Below are positions 45,662 to 55,690 of a stretch of 64,000 nt of DNA, in pieces. The DNA comes from a virus. Taxonomy: Duplodnaviria; Caudoviricetes. Positions within the stretch are counted from its first letter, which is position 1. Each line of letters starts with the position of its first letter. The stretch covers positions 1 to 64,000 of IMG/VR virus record IMGVR_UViG_3300014204_000113. One strand, 5' to 3'. Position numbers and translations under genes: made by a program. The notes beneath the pieces were generated by a model, which searched no databases, had not been told where the DNA came from, and saw nothing but the letters and a program-made list of their open reading frames with translations.

Positions 45662-47053
45662 TTGAAAAAATTTATTGATTCTGAAATAGATAACATAGAA
45701 GAAAGAAGATTTTATGTCTATGCTCTAAGGAGACCTGACTGGCCAGACCCGTTTTATGTTTGGAAGTGGCAGCCGTTTTATATTGGTAAAGGGTTTGGAA
45801 AAAGAATGTTTGACCATAGAAAAGAAGCTGAGAAAGATTGGTATTTAGCAATAAAACCAAAAGATATTAAAATTAATATCATCCATAAATTACTAAACAA
45901 AAAATTAAATTTTATTGAAGAAATATTGTTTGATAATCTCACAGAACAAGAAGCCTTTGAAATTGAAATAAAACTCATTGCCAAATATGGGAAAATATGT
46001 GATGGAACAGGATGTTTAGCTAACCTTACTGATGGCGGGGAAGGAGCCTCGGCAAAAAATTATGAAAAATTTTTATCAGATTTGAAAGATAAACATGGTG
46101 ATATTGCATACGATTTATTTGTTAATTATTTAGATGATCCATTGATAACTCAAGCTGATATTTCTGAATATACTAGCCTTACACGTGAAGGAGTTAGATA
46201 TTTTTTAAAGAAAATTCATGGTGATGATGTTAAAAAAATAAAATTAGAAAATTCTCACCAAGAAAAACTTTCTTGTTACCCATCTAATCTTCAAGGGATA
46301 ATTGGAGACAAATTAAGAGAAGAAAGAATAAGATATAAGAAGAAATATAAAACTATTTGGGAATGTGAAAATAATAAGACATTTACTGTTAAAAAATTAG
46401 TGTTACATAAAGAAAGCAAATTATATATTTTAACTCTATATACTAAAACTGATTATATAATTACTTCTAAAGACAATAATGTCTATTTGATTCCATTTCC
46501 AAATTCTGATGTTGATAGAATTTATTTGCACTATCCACAGGATTTAGAACAATACAAAGATTTCACTAATTTGAGAAATTTAGATTTAGATGGGAATGAA
46601 AAAGAATTAATTTGTAAATTTGAATTTGATGGGGAAGAACCAATTAATGAATATATTCCTTATGGTTATTGCCAATGTGGTTGTGGGCAGAAAACAAATA
46701 TAATTAAAACTAACAATAAGAGTAAAGGACGAGTTAAAGGAGAACCATATAAATATATTTCTGGCCATAATAAAAATAGACAATTAAAAAAATTAACTAA
46801 AGAAAAAATTCAGAATATGATAGATTTATTTAACCAAAAAATTTCTATTTATGAGATAGCAAATTTATTTAATATAACCTATCCAACAGTTTTATATCAT
46901 TTAAGAAAAAATAATATAATTTCTCAACGGTCATCTGATGGATATTCATTCTTGCCACAAGAATTTATTTGTTCTGTTTGTGAAAAAACTTTTATAAAAA
47001 AAAGAAAGCCTAAAGAAATGATTTGTTTATCTTGCAAAAAAGACCTTACATAA
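45662..47053 (+). CDS. GIY-YIG (LEM-3-like) homing endonuclease with HTH and Cys motifs
   Basis: FYVYAL..PFYIGKG..R..H; LANLTDGGEG; CQCGCG; two HTH-like segments. Confidence 0.8.
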   Translation: MKKFIDSEIDNIEERRFYVYALRRPDWPDPFYVWKWQPFYIGKGFGKRMFDHRKEAEKDWYLAIKPKDIKINIIHKLLNKKLNFIEEILFDNLTEQEAFEIEIKLIAKYGKICDGTGCLANLTDGGEGASAKNYEKFLSDLKDKHGDIAYDLFVNYLDDPLITQADISEYTSLTREGVRYFLKKIHGDDVKKIKLENSHQEKLSCYPSNLQGIIGDKLREERIRYKKKYKTIWECENNKTFTVKKLVLHKESKLYILTLYTKTDYIITSKDNNVYLIPFPNSDVDRIYLHYPQDLEQYKDFTNLRNLDLDGNEKELICKFEFDGEEPINEYIPYGYCQCGCGQKTNIIKTNNKSKGRVKGEPYKYISGHNKNRQLKKLTKEKIQNMIDLFNQKISIYEIANLFNITYPTVLYHLRKNNIISQRSSDGYSFLPQEFICSVCEKTFIKKRKPKEMICLSCKKDLT

Positions 47054-47058
47054 AAATT

Positions 47059-47982
47059 ATGCCTTTTATTGACTTTCCTCGTCTCTTAGATTCTATCCAT
47101 GTGCCTTATAAAACTTCTGGCGCAGGTATATCCAGAGACTTCATTGGTATCTACTGTCCTTTCTGCTCTAATCCACATGGCCCCAGAGGAGGATTCAGCC
47201 TAGACAAAGGATTCTATTCTTGTTGGCGTTGTGGTCATCACAAACTTGTGGATGTGATTAAGGCTTTAGCAAGATGCACAGAAAAGAAAGCCTATGAATT
47301 AATTCAAGCCCATAAAACCAACAATCCTGCCTATCCCTTACAAGATCATTCGTTTGAAAGAAACTCTTCGCTACGAGGCTCTGAGGCAGCCACAGGCACC
47401 TTAAAATTGCCTGGAAATGAGTTGTCTGAGAGACACAGAAAATATTTATTGGATAGGAATTTTGATCCTGATTATTTAATGTCTAGATATGGTGTTAGAG
47501 GCGTCGGTCCAGTTGGTGATTTTAAGTGGCGAATAATAATTCCCATTAAAGTTGGTGGACAAATAATTAGTTATCAAGGGCGAGATATAACTAAAATGTC
47601 GATTATGAAGTATCGTCCTTGTCCAAAAGAATTGGAATTAATTCCTTATAAAAATTGTTTGTATGAATTAGATTCTTGTGGCAAGAAGTTGGTCGTTGTT
47701 GAAGGTGTCATGAAGGTTTGGCGTTTAGGTATTGGATCGACAGCTACATTTGGAATTAAATATACCCAAGAACAAGTGAAAAGAATAGTTGAAAAAAAAA
47801 TAGAAAAAGCATTTGTTTTATTTGACAATGGTTTTGAAGCACAAAGGCAAGCTGGGAAGATGGCAAATGATTTGAATTGTTTTGGTATTGAAACGGAAAT
47901 TATTACTTTGTTAAAATATGACGATCCTGATAATATGCCAAATGATGAAGCTAAACAATTGATGAGAGACCTGTTAGGATAA
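47059..47982 (+). CDS. DNA primase (Zn-binding plus TOPRIM)
   Basis: CPFC..CWRC; RIIIPI..YQGR; VVEG; FDN; DPD. Confidence 0.9.
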   Translation: MPFIDFPRLLDSIHVPYKTSGAGISRDFIGIYCPFCSNPHGPRGGFSLDKGFYSCWRCGHHKLVDVIKALARCTEKKAYELIQAHKTNNPAYPLQDHSFERNSSLRGSEAATGTLKLPGNELSERHRKYLLDRNFDPDYLMSRYGVRGVGPVGDFKWRIIIPIKVGGQIISYQGRDITKMSIMKYRPCPKELELIPYKNCLYELDSCGKKLVVVEGVMKVWRLGIGSTATFGIKYTQEQVKRIVEKKIEKAFVLFDNGFEAQRQAGKMANDLNCFGIETEIITLLKYDDPDNMPNDEAKQLMRDLLG

Positions 47983-47984
47983 AA

Positions 47985-48170
47985 ATGGCTAAAAAATATA
48001 GAAGAAAGAAAAGAGAAATTGTAGTTAGCAGTGATGGTTTATTTAGATGTCCTATTTTACCAACCAGACATTTTACATCAACGGAAGTTTGTTTGAATAG
48101 AAGAAGCAAATTAAAATTATTCCAAGAATGTGTTGGTTGTAAAATTGAATTGCCAGAGGTTGAAGAATGA
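47985..48170 (+). CDS. small Cys-rich protein
   Basis: ORF downstream of the primase with four Cys. Confidence 0.55.
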   Translation: MAKKYRRKKREIVVSSDGLFRCPILPTRHFTSTEVCLNRRSKLKLFQECVGCKIELPEVEE

Positions 48171-48202
48171 GCCATTTATGAGCCATTTAAATTGAGGTTA
48201 AT

Positions 48203-48475
48203 ATGCCAGACTTAAATGTTTTACCTACAGAAGAAGAATTGAAATTCATAGAAGATTATGATGTAATAAAAAATGGCCCTGTAGATTTAATAAAATATTT
48301 AAAAACTTTATGGCTTTGGGATGATTATATTAAATTTGATAACGAAACTGGCATATTAGAATTACATACTGGTGGAGGAGGACCAAACGAGGTAATAATT
48401 CAAACTTTGGAAAAAACATTCTTTTGGTTTTTCTACTGGCAAAAAGTTTTCGTGGTGGTCACTATTATTTTTTAA
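48203..48475 (+). CDS. conserved phage hypothetical protein, possible frameshift near the 3' end
   Basis: LELHTGG..NE; RGGHYYF lies in an adjacent frame after an A5 run. Confidence 0.55.
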   Translation: MPDLNVLPTEEELKFIEDYDVIKNGPVDLIKYLKTLWLWDDYIKFDNETGILELHTGGGGPNEVIIQTLEKTFFWFFYWQKVFVVVTIIF

Positions 48476-48499
48476 TTCCAAAAAGGTTTGTTGATTATT

Positions 48500-48718
48500 A
48501 TGAAGATAAATAAATTTAAAGCAGACCTAAAACAAATGACTTGTCCAGAATGTGGCTGTCCATTAAGAATGGTAGATTTTTCATATCAATCTGATAACTT
48601 TATTTTTGACCATAAAATTGGTTTTGATTTACAAAATAAAAATTGCAGTCTTAGATATAAACCTATTTTATTGCCTTTTGATGATGTAATTGACTTTTAT
48701 GGATTGGATGAAAAATAG
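48500..48718 (+). CDS. small Zn-ribbon protein
   Basis: CPECGC. Confidence 0.5.
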   Translation: MKINKFKADLKQMTCPECGCPLRMVDFSYQSDNFIFDHKIGFDLQNKNCSLRYKPILLPFDDVIDFYGLDEK

Positions 48719-48795
48719 TTTTAAATAAATGTAACTTTTCGTTGACAAGAATAGTAATCTATGATAAACTATAGATGTGGATAGGAGAAATTTAA

Positions 48796-48975
48796 ATGGA
48801 TAAACTTTATGACATGGGCCAAACATCAGAATTGTTGAAAGTATCTAAGTCTACTTTGGCAAGATGGAAGAAAGAAAGAATTATACCATATATTAAGATA
48901 GGTAGAAAGACATTATTTGATTATGAAGATTTGATTGAATTGATTGAAAAGAATAAGATTGGTGTGGAAAAATAG
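48796..48975 (+). CDS. excisionase-like MerR/HTH_17 DNA-binding protein (59 aa)
   Basis: TSELLKVSKSTLARWKKERIIPYIKIGRKTLFD; promoter and AGGAG RBS; below the ORF-track cutoff. Confidence 0.8.
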   Translation: MDKLYDMGQTSELLKVSKSTLARWKKERIIPYIKIGRKTLFDYEDLIELIEKNKIGVEK

Positions 48976-49274
48976 TGTTTTAAAAAAAGCACAGACTAGT
49001 GATTTTGGATATTTTTACAATTTATTTGTCAATAATATCAATATGTTGAAAAGTCATTTTTGGCTATTTTCATAAAACTAATGATATTGGTCAAGTATTT
49101 TCGTTGAAAAAGTTGAAAAAACAAATTGTTTAATATTATCAAATAGTTATTGAATTTATGTAACGCTTTAAGAAATAAAAAGATTCAACCTGAGATTTAA
49201 TGACATTTTCTTGGCGCAAAGCAGGTACTTAGGTCATATTTTGTTGGAATGAAAATAATAAAAAAGGAGGATTT

Positions 49275-49859
49275 ATGAGTGTTGACAAATGGACAGACCG
49301 TTGGTTAGAAAGAGGTAAAAATTGGCTATGTCCAGTCTGTTATGAAATTTTTGATACAAAAGTATATCATTGTTTACATTGTGACCACCATTGGGAAGTC
49401 CCAGCAACTTCTTGTCGCAATTGCTATAACACATCAAGAAAAATGCCAAGAGCCTTCAAGATAACAGTTGAAGAAGCGAAAGAAATATTCAATGGACAAG
49501 AAAAAGTAAGAAAAGAAGAAATAGAAAAATTAAAAAGACCTTCTGTTTTTTATCGAGATTCAAATGGTTTTGAACCAGTCAAAGATTGGTTAGAAAAGAA
49601 TGGTTGGCCAAGAACAGATTATAATCGCAGTTTAGATGAATATGAAACAAACATTCCAAATTGTCATTTACATTGGGTAAGTGGTCATTTAAAAGGTGGA
49701 TATGTCGCAACAATAATTGTTGGTATTTTTCCTAGTCTTTTTATTTCTTTACATGCCGACTTTTTTAAAATACCGATTGATAAAAACCAAGAAAAAGAAG
49801 CAGTTGCTGTCGCTTTAAAACGATTAAATGAAATAAAATTAAGTAATTATCTACAATAA
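49275..49859 (+). CDS. Zn-finger hypothetical protein
   Basis: CPVC, CLHC, CRNC. Confidence 0.7.
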   Translation: MSVDKWTDRWLERGKNWLCPVCYEIFDTKVYHCLHCDHHWEVPATSCRNCYNTSRKMPRAFKITVEEAKEIFNGQEKVRKEEIEKLKRPSVFYRDSNGFEPVKDWLEKNGWPRTDYNRSLDEYETNIPNCHLHWVSGHLKGGYVATIIVGIFPSLFISLHADFFKIPIDKNQEKEAVAVALKRLNEIKLSNYLQ

Positions 49860-49879
49860 AATAAAAAGGATGATGAAAA

Positions 49880-50146
49880 ATGACAGTTAAAGAATTAATA
49901 AAAGAATTAGAAAAATTTGACCCAGATTTAGAAGTTTTTAACAAACTGTGGTCTGATGAATGTTTAAATTGTGATTTTCATTGTGGTCCAAATGCAGAGG
50001 GAGAGATAGACGGAATCCCTTGTGAATTTGCTTGGGATGTACCTGATCTAAAGGTTGGAGAATGGGAAATATACAAAGTTGATAGTGATGGCAAAACTTT
50101 GTTAGATGAAGAGGTAGAAGTAGTTGAATTTTTAACTATTTTTTAA
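49880..50146 (+). CDS. hypothetical protein
   Basis: MTVKELIKELEKFDPDLEV. Confidence 0.7.
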   Translation: MTVKELIKELEKFDPDLEVFNKLWSDECLNCDFHCGPNAEGEIDGIPCEFAWDVPDLKVGEWEIYKVDSDGKTLLDEEVEVVEFLTIF

Positions 50147-50185
50147 GTAGGAATATATGAAAAGATAAAGAGGAGAATTTAAAGA

Positions 50186-50440
50186 ATGAAAATAGGAAAA
50201 TTTTTATATCTTAAAGAAACAATAAAATGGGAAGAAGTTTATGAAGAATTTGAATATGATGAAGAATTTGAATATGATGAGGTTGATGACTTAGCCTATG
50301 AAATACGTAGCAAAGTTGCTGATGAACCAGAATGTGTTGTTGTTAAAAAAATAAAATGGTTTGATGAGAAACAAGATTCTTGGGTTGATGTTTTTTGCGA
50401 AGAAGGTTATGAAAATTGTGAATTTGATAAGGAGAAATAA
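50186..50440 (+). CDS. acidic hypothetical protein
   Basis: RBS; EEFEYD x2. Confidence 0.6.
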   Translation: MKIGKFLYLKETIKWEEVYEEFEYDEEFEYDEVDDLAYEIRSKVADEPECVVVKKIKWFDEKQDSWVDVFCEEGYENCEFDKEK

Positions 50441-50443
50441 AGA

Positions 50444-50632
50444 ATGGAAAAATTCCCGAATAAAATTAGCTGTGCGAAATGTAAAAAACCAATAACTGGA
50501 TGGGTCTATTATCAAAATGGTAACATTTTTGATTCAAGCGGGTTTATCCCTTTTGATGATGGATATCAATGTGATAAATGTATAATTGGTGGCGATCCTG
50601 AATTTGAAAGTGAATTAGCAAATGAAAAATGA
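50444..50632 (+). CDS. small Zn-finger protein
   Basis: CAKC..CDKC. Confidence 0.6.
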   Translation: MEKFPNKISCAKCKKPITGWVYYQNGNIFDSSGFIPFDDGYQCDKCIIGGDPEFESELANEK

Positions 50633-50735
50633 TCGAAAGATTGTGTGGAAATTTATCAAACGACCAAAAAACAGCTATTGCTTTGTCTTTTATACGAAAA
50701 CATAAATTGGCAACTAAAAAATAAGGATAAAATAC

Positions 50736-51983
50736 ATGGAACAGATGACAATTGGAAATATAGAAAGAAAAATAATTATCGATCAAGAAATCAAAGCGTT
50801 AATTCCACCAATTTCACCAGAAGAATACAAACAACTTGAAACCAATATTCTAACAGAAGGTTGTCGCGATTCTTTGGTTGTATGGAATGGAATTTTGTTG
50901 GATGGACACAATAGATTATCTATTTGTGAAAGATATAATATTTCATATAATATAAAAAACATTGAATTTGATGATCGTGATGCTGCTAAATTGTGGGTCT
51001 ATGAAAACCAACTTGGTAGACGAAATTTAACAACTGACCAAACAGCATCAATAGGTTTTGCGATTCTTGAACTAAGAACAGCAATAGAAAAGAAATTAAG
51101 AGCGCAGAAAGCAGGGGAAAAGCGTGTAGAAACCGCAGAAAGAAAACCAGATGGAACTTTAGGCACCAGCTTGTCGGACAACGTGTCCGACAAGCTGGTG
51201 GTCCCTTCCCAAGCCCAAGCACAGAATTTAGGGATGGTGGGGGAAGTTAATGTAGAACCCAAACCAAAGATAAAAAAAGATTCTCGCGCTTCTGTTGCAA
51301 AGGAGTTAAACATCCCAGAGCGCAAATTAAGGGATATATCTGAAATCGCAAAAACTAAACCAGAAGTTGTTAAAGAAATAGCTAATGGCACAATTACTAT
51401 CGCCCAAGCCAAACGTGAAATTAAACGTGAAGAAACAATTAATAAATTAGAAGACATCAAAGTCAAAGAAGCAAAAGCTGTAGAAGGTGTTTATGACGTT
51501 TTGGTTATAGACCCACCTTGGCCTATGCAAAAAATAGAAAGAGATGTACGTCCAAATCAATCTGAATTTGATTATCCAACAATGACAGAAGAAGAACTTA
51601 ATGAACTTCATATTCCTTCTGCTAATGATTGTCATGTTTGGTTATGGACAACTCATAAATTTCTTCCAATGGCATTTAGACTTTTAGAGGAATGGAATTT
51701 AAAATATGTTTGCACTTTTGTATGGCATAAAGCAGGTGGTTTTCAACCCATAGGATTACCACAATATAATTGTGAATTTGTACTTTATGCTCGTAAAGGT
51801 ACACCTAAATTTGTTGATACAAAAGCGTTCCCCGTTTGTTTTGAAGCACCTCGTGGTGCTCATAGTGAAAAACCAAAAGAATTTTATGAATTAGTTAATA
51901 GAGTTACTGCTGGCAGGCGACTTGATATGTTTTCAAGACGTAAAATTGATGGATTTGATTCTTGGGGGAACGAAGTTGTCTAA
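50736..51983 (+). CDS. ParB-like domain fused to MT-A70 family adenine methyltransferase
   Basis: LLDGHNRL..NQLGRRNL; IDPPW, LWTT, FVWHK, HSEKP, DMFSR..WGNE. Confidence 0.9.
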   Translation: MEQMTIGNIERKIIIDQEIKALIPPISPEEYKQLETNILTEGCRDSLVVWNGILLDGHNRLSICERYNISYNIKNIEFDDRDAAKLWVYENQLGRRNLTTDQTASIGFAILELRTAIEKKLRAQKAGEKRVETAERKPDGTLGTSLSDNVSDKLVVPSQAQAQNLGMVGEVNVEPKPKIKKDSRASVAKELNIPERKLRDISEIAKTKPEVVKEIANGTITIAQAKREIKREETINKLEDIKVKEAKAVEGVYDVLVIDPPWPMQKIERDVRPNQSEFDYPTMTEEELNELHIPSANDCHVWLWTTHKFLPMAFRLLEEWNLKYVCTFVWHKAGGFQPIGLPQYNCEFVLYARKGTPKFVDTKAFPVCFEAPRGAHSEKPKEFYELVNRVTAGRRLDMFSRRKIDGFDSWGNEVV

Positions 51984-52515
51984 ATTTTGGAAAGATGACA
52001 AGAAGTGGTCTGATATTTTTATTCCAGAAATAAAACAAATTCTGGGTAAAACTTTTAATGTTGATGAAGACCTTATCGTTGAAGCAGACGATGAAGAAGA
52101 TATGAAACACAACACAGATATTGTTTTGTTAATAAATTCAAAAAGGGTTGCTTGTAGGATAAGGAGACTTTTTTATTATAATAAACATTATTATCGCAAT
52201 GATTTTACAATAAGGACAGACAGACCAAGTGGTAGTAAAACTGAACTTGAAAAAATAAGAGAAGGATGGGGTGATTATTTTTTCTATGGTTTCGGTGATG
52301 AAGAAAAATTATTATGGTGGGGAATAGGCGATTTGAAAACATTCAGAAATTGGTTTGAAGAAAACACAACAATTACAAGATTTGGTGGAGAAATATTTCC
52401 AAGTATTAAACATTCAAACAAGGATGGCTCTAGTGATTTTCATGTCTTTAAATGGAATGACTTACCATCTAACTTTATAATTAAAAAAGCACCGGGATAT
52501 CGTAAAGTAAAATAA
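51976..52515 (+). CDS. hypothetical protein (possible nuclease-fold partner of the methyltransferase)
   Basis: EDMKHNTD..VACRIR..FTIR..TELEKI..GDYFFYGF. Confidence 0.6.
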   Translation: MSKFWKDDKKWSDIFIPEIKQILGKTFNVDEDLIVEADDEEDMKHNTDIVLLINSKRVACRIRRLFYYNKHYYRNDFTIRTDRPSGSKTELEKIREGWGDYFFYGFGDEEKLLWWGIGDLKTFRNWFEENTTITRFGGEIFPSIKHSNKDGSSDFHVFKWNDLPSNFIIKKAPGYRKVK

Positions 52516-52521
52516 CCAATC

Positions 52522-53064
52522 ATGCCACTACCATCACTTGAAGAATCTAACCAACAATATATAAATTCTTTCAACAGGTACAAAACTAATACAGAAAGAA
52601 ATAATCAAACATTGAAAAATTACATACTTAAACAAATATTCAATAACCATGATGTAGGCATCATAGCTAGAAAAGATGATAATTTTCATGATATAAACAA
52701 ACTATACATTGAAACATCTACCAAGACTAATTCAGAAGAAGAATACATACCATCTGAATTATACACCAGTAATGATTGGTTATATTACATAGGAGACCAA
52801 CAAACAATTTGGATATTTGGATGCAAACAACTTAAAGAATTACTTAGACCAAGTAGTATGAAATGTAAGTTTAAAAATACTATATTTGGTTTTGACTTTG
52901 GTGAATATGAGGACTGTTTCGATAATTGTGAAAATTGGTTGGAATGTAGAATAGCTAAAGATAGGAAATATGAATTAAAAACTTCTGTGGTATCAAAAGG
53001 GTATATGATGCCTATAGAAGATGCAGATAAGTTTTGTTTGAAGAAGGTAGAAATTAAAATTTAA
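52522..53064 (+). CDS. hypothetical protein
   Basis: ORF; LYIETSTK resembles nuclease-fold phage proteins. Confidence 0.55.
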   Translation: MPLPSLEESNQQYINSFNRYKTNTERNNQTLKNYILKQIFNNHDVGIIARKDDNFHDINKLYIETSTKTNSEEEYIPSELYTSNDWLYYIGDQQTIWIFGCKQLKELLRPSSMKCKFKNTIFGFDFGEYEDCFDNCENWLECRIAKDRKYELKTSVVSKGYMMPIEDADKFCLKKVEIKI

Positions 53065-53069
53065 CAGCT

Positions 53070-53129
53070 TCTTGGACTAGGGTGCGCACCCGAAAAAGGA
53101 AGATGCCTCATCATCTTCCTTGTCCAAGA
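53070..53129 (+). ncRNA. c4-antisense-like three-way-junction RNA
   Basis: TCTTGGAC/GTCCAAGA closing stem, GGGTG/CACCC hairpin, GAAAA linker, AGGAAGATG/CATCTTCCT hairpin with CCTCAT loop. Confidence 0.6.
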
Positions 53130-53156
53130 TTTAACAGTCTATGAGGAGACTAAATT

Positions 53157-53873
53157 ATGGCAAAAATTATCAGGATTGTTGATAGAGAAAAAAGAACACC
53201 AAAACCAAAAGATATTTCAAAAACCGTTGATGTTTGGAGAGATTATTTTTCTATCATCACCCAAGAAAAATTAGACAATAATGAATTAACAATACCAGAA
53301 AAATATTTTAAAAAATATAATGATAATTATACAGAAGCAGAAAAAGCATTTATATTTGATGAACAGTGTAGACTAACTAAAGAATTCTACAAAACAATTG
53401 ATGAAGAAAAAGAGAAAGATAAACACCTTTTATCAAAAAGTTTTAAAGATAGTTGGCCACCTTCTTGGGCAATTAGAGATAAGAGGATAAGAGAAATGAG
53501 AAGAAAATTTAGATTTGATGACTTTAATAATTATCTTAGAAGTCAAGCGACTTCAGCAGTTTCATATAAATTAGGAAAAATTCTTCCTAAAGAATTAAAC
53601 AAGAATTATGTTTTAATTCAAATTGATGCAGAAAAAGCAGCCGAAAAACTTGATATGTCAAAATGGACTTTCTATAAATATCGAGAGGCTTTCTTAAAAA
53701 TAGGCATCATAAAAGATTTAGGCAGATGGGGTGAGAAAGAAAACAATCATATTATGGCCATAGGAAATTGGCAAACTTATCCCACTAAAAGAAAACTATG
53801 GTTTTTGAAAGAGACCCCAGAATGGAAGGAAAAACTTAGGAATTTCTCTCTTCATGAACCAAAAAATAAGTAG
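53157..53873 (+). CDS. HTH-containing putative replication/regulatory protein
   Basis: AEKAAEKLDMSKWTFYKYREAFLKIGII winged-HTH-like. Confidence 0.55.
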   Translation: MAKIIRIVDREKRTPKPKDISKTVDVWRDYFSIITQEKLDNNELTIPEKYFKKYNDNYTEAEKAFIFDEQCRLTKEFYKTIDEEKEKDKHLLSKSFKDSWPPSWAIRDKRIREMRRKFRFDDFNNYLRSQATSAVSYKLGKILPKELNKNYVLIQIDAEKAAEKLDMSKWTFYKYREAFLKIGIIKDLGRWGEKENNHIMAIGNWQTYPTKRKLWFLKETPEWKEKLRNFSLHEPKNK

Positions 53874-54290
53874 GTTTTCATTGTATTGAATACAACGAAC
53901 ATTTTGGTCCCAGTACTAATGAACACCTGTTTTTGAGGCTTCTGTTGTATTGGCAAAACTTGCAAGTTGTTTATTTTTAAAGAAAATTAGACACAAGACC
54001 AGCCACAACACTAGTCAACAGACATTTTCATTAGTACCTATATCATGACACAATTTACTTTCTTCTAATTGAAGACCTGTATTATTCATTCCATTCATAA
54101 CACAGGATACTATCTTCAATTATTCAGAAAGTAAATAAGTTTTTCACTTTGTGAAAAACGTAAACATACTAATTTTCAAAAAATTGGTTTCAAAAGGTGA
54201 TTATTTTTTAAAACAAACAACTCTTTTGAAAATTAATTAACTAATAATTTGTTTTTTAAAAAAACAAACCTCTTTGCTACCATCCGATAG
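53874..54290. other. AT-rich intergenic region with long inverted repeats (origin-like)
   Basis: 84-nt imperfect inverted repeat 54053-54136, smaller inverted and direct repeats; sits among replication genes. Confidence 0.45.
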
Positions 54291-54293
54291 GAT

Positions 54294-55193
54294 ATGTTTT
54301 GCCGTAAATTTTTAATTATGCCGAATTCAAAAATTAAGAAGGATATGCCGATGCCAGACACAGCTAGTGAATTAAGACCAGATTATTTTAAAATTATAAA
54401 CCAAGTAACTACAAAACCCGAACCTAAACCAAAAAAAGTACATCGTAAAAATAGAGAATTGGAAGAAATGTTGATTTGTTTTCCTAGATTGCCGAAAGTC
54501 AAGACAACTGAAAAAGCCTATTTGGAATGTGGCAAAGTTATCAGAGCATTAAAAAATGGTTTGTATGAAACTTATGGAATGGAATTAGTTGATAAAATAT
54601 CTGCTAACTTGAAACCAGAAGGAATAACCAAAAGCCAAGTGTTGAAAGTATTCCGTATTGAATATTCCAAAGAAGAAAGATTTGAATTTTATTCCAGACT
54701 CGAACAATTGAAAGACCCGAAGTATATTCCTAATTTAAAAACCAACAATATAAAATTAAACACCGCGCTTTGGAATGAATTTGGTTTAGGCATAAAGTCT
54801 TGGTTGGTTTACGTGATGATTAAACCACCTGTCAAAAAACTTGAATGGACTGATGATGAATTACAACAAAGAAATAACGCTTTGAAGCAATTGAAAGAAG
54901 CATGGGAAAACATGAATGACAATAGAATTGATAATGTTTTGAAATGGCTGCATATCCATTATAAAAAAGACTTGGTTAATGAAGATGGTAAATTAGGTGA
55001 ATTATGCAGTGGTGGTTTTGATAAATTCATAAGCAGATATATCGCTTGGATGATGGTTTACTATGGTGATATGGTTGATAAAGATGATGCCATAGTTAAT
55101 GTTGGATGGTTAGATAAGAAGTCTAAGCCATTTAGGAAATTTATGGAAACATACAAAAATTATATGGACCATTTAATGGAATGCGTGAGATAA
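54294..55193 (+). CDS. hypothetical protein in the replication module
   Basis: long ORF; start uncertain. Confidence 0.7.
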   Translation: MFCRKFLIMPNSKIKKDMPMPDTASELRPDYFKIINQVTTKPEPKPKKVHRKNRELEEMLICFPRLPKVKTTEKAYLECGKVIRALKNGLYETYGMELVDKISANLKPEGITKSQVLKVFRIEYSKEERFEFYSRLEQLKDPKYIPNLKTNNIKLNTALWNEFGLGIKSWLVYVMIKPPVKKLEWTDDELQQRNNALKQLKEAWENMNDNRIDNVLKWLHIHYKKDLVNEDGKLGELCSGGFDKFISRYIAWMMVYYGDMVDKDDAIVNVGWLDKKSKPFRKFMETYKNYMDHLMECVR

Positions 55194-55231
55194 TAAAGAA
55201 AGTGAATTTAATATTTGATAAGGAATAAACC

Positions 55232-55426
55232 ATGAAACATTATAAAATTGGTTCAAGATTCTTAATTAATGGCGAAAGATATATCTTAACGCAAGTCAAT
55301 CAAATGGAAGTATATTTAGTTAATGTCACAACTGGTGTACAATTTGGCAATAAACTTACTTTTGAGTCTATATCAGAAAAAGACTTTAAAGACATCTGTA
55401 ATAAAGAATATAAACTTATAGGATGA
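55232..55426 (+). CDS. hypothetical protein
   Basis: RBS present. Confidence 0.6.
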   Translation: MKHYKIGSRFLINGERYILTQVNQMEVYLVNVTTGVQFGNKLTFESISEKDFKDICNKEYKLIG

Positions 55427-55429
55427 GAT

Positions 55430-55690
55430 ATGAATAATATAAAAATAATTACAAATGACCTTGGAGAATTTATAATGGTTAATGATGATAACCAAACAGA
55501 ATGTGGATGTTTTGAAGAAGAATATGAAGAAGTTGTATTATCTAAAGAAAAGGTTGAAAATATAGTCTATATGTTTGAAAAGATATTGAGTATTCTTTAT
55601 GTGAATATTGAATTAGGTAGCATAAAAACTGTCCAACTTTTGAAAAAATTGGAAGGCAATATGAAAAATATTGTAGAGGATTTGTCTTGA
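55430..55690 (+). CDS. hypothetical protein
   Basis: ORF overlapping the helicase start. Confidence 0.55.
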   Translation: MNNIKIITNDLGEFIMVNDDNQTECGCFEEEYEEVVLSKEKVENIVYMFEKILSILYVNIELGSIKTVQLLKKLEGNMKNIVEDLS

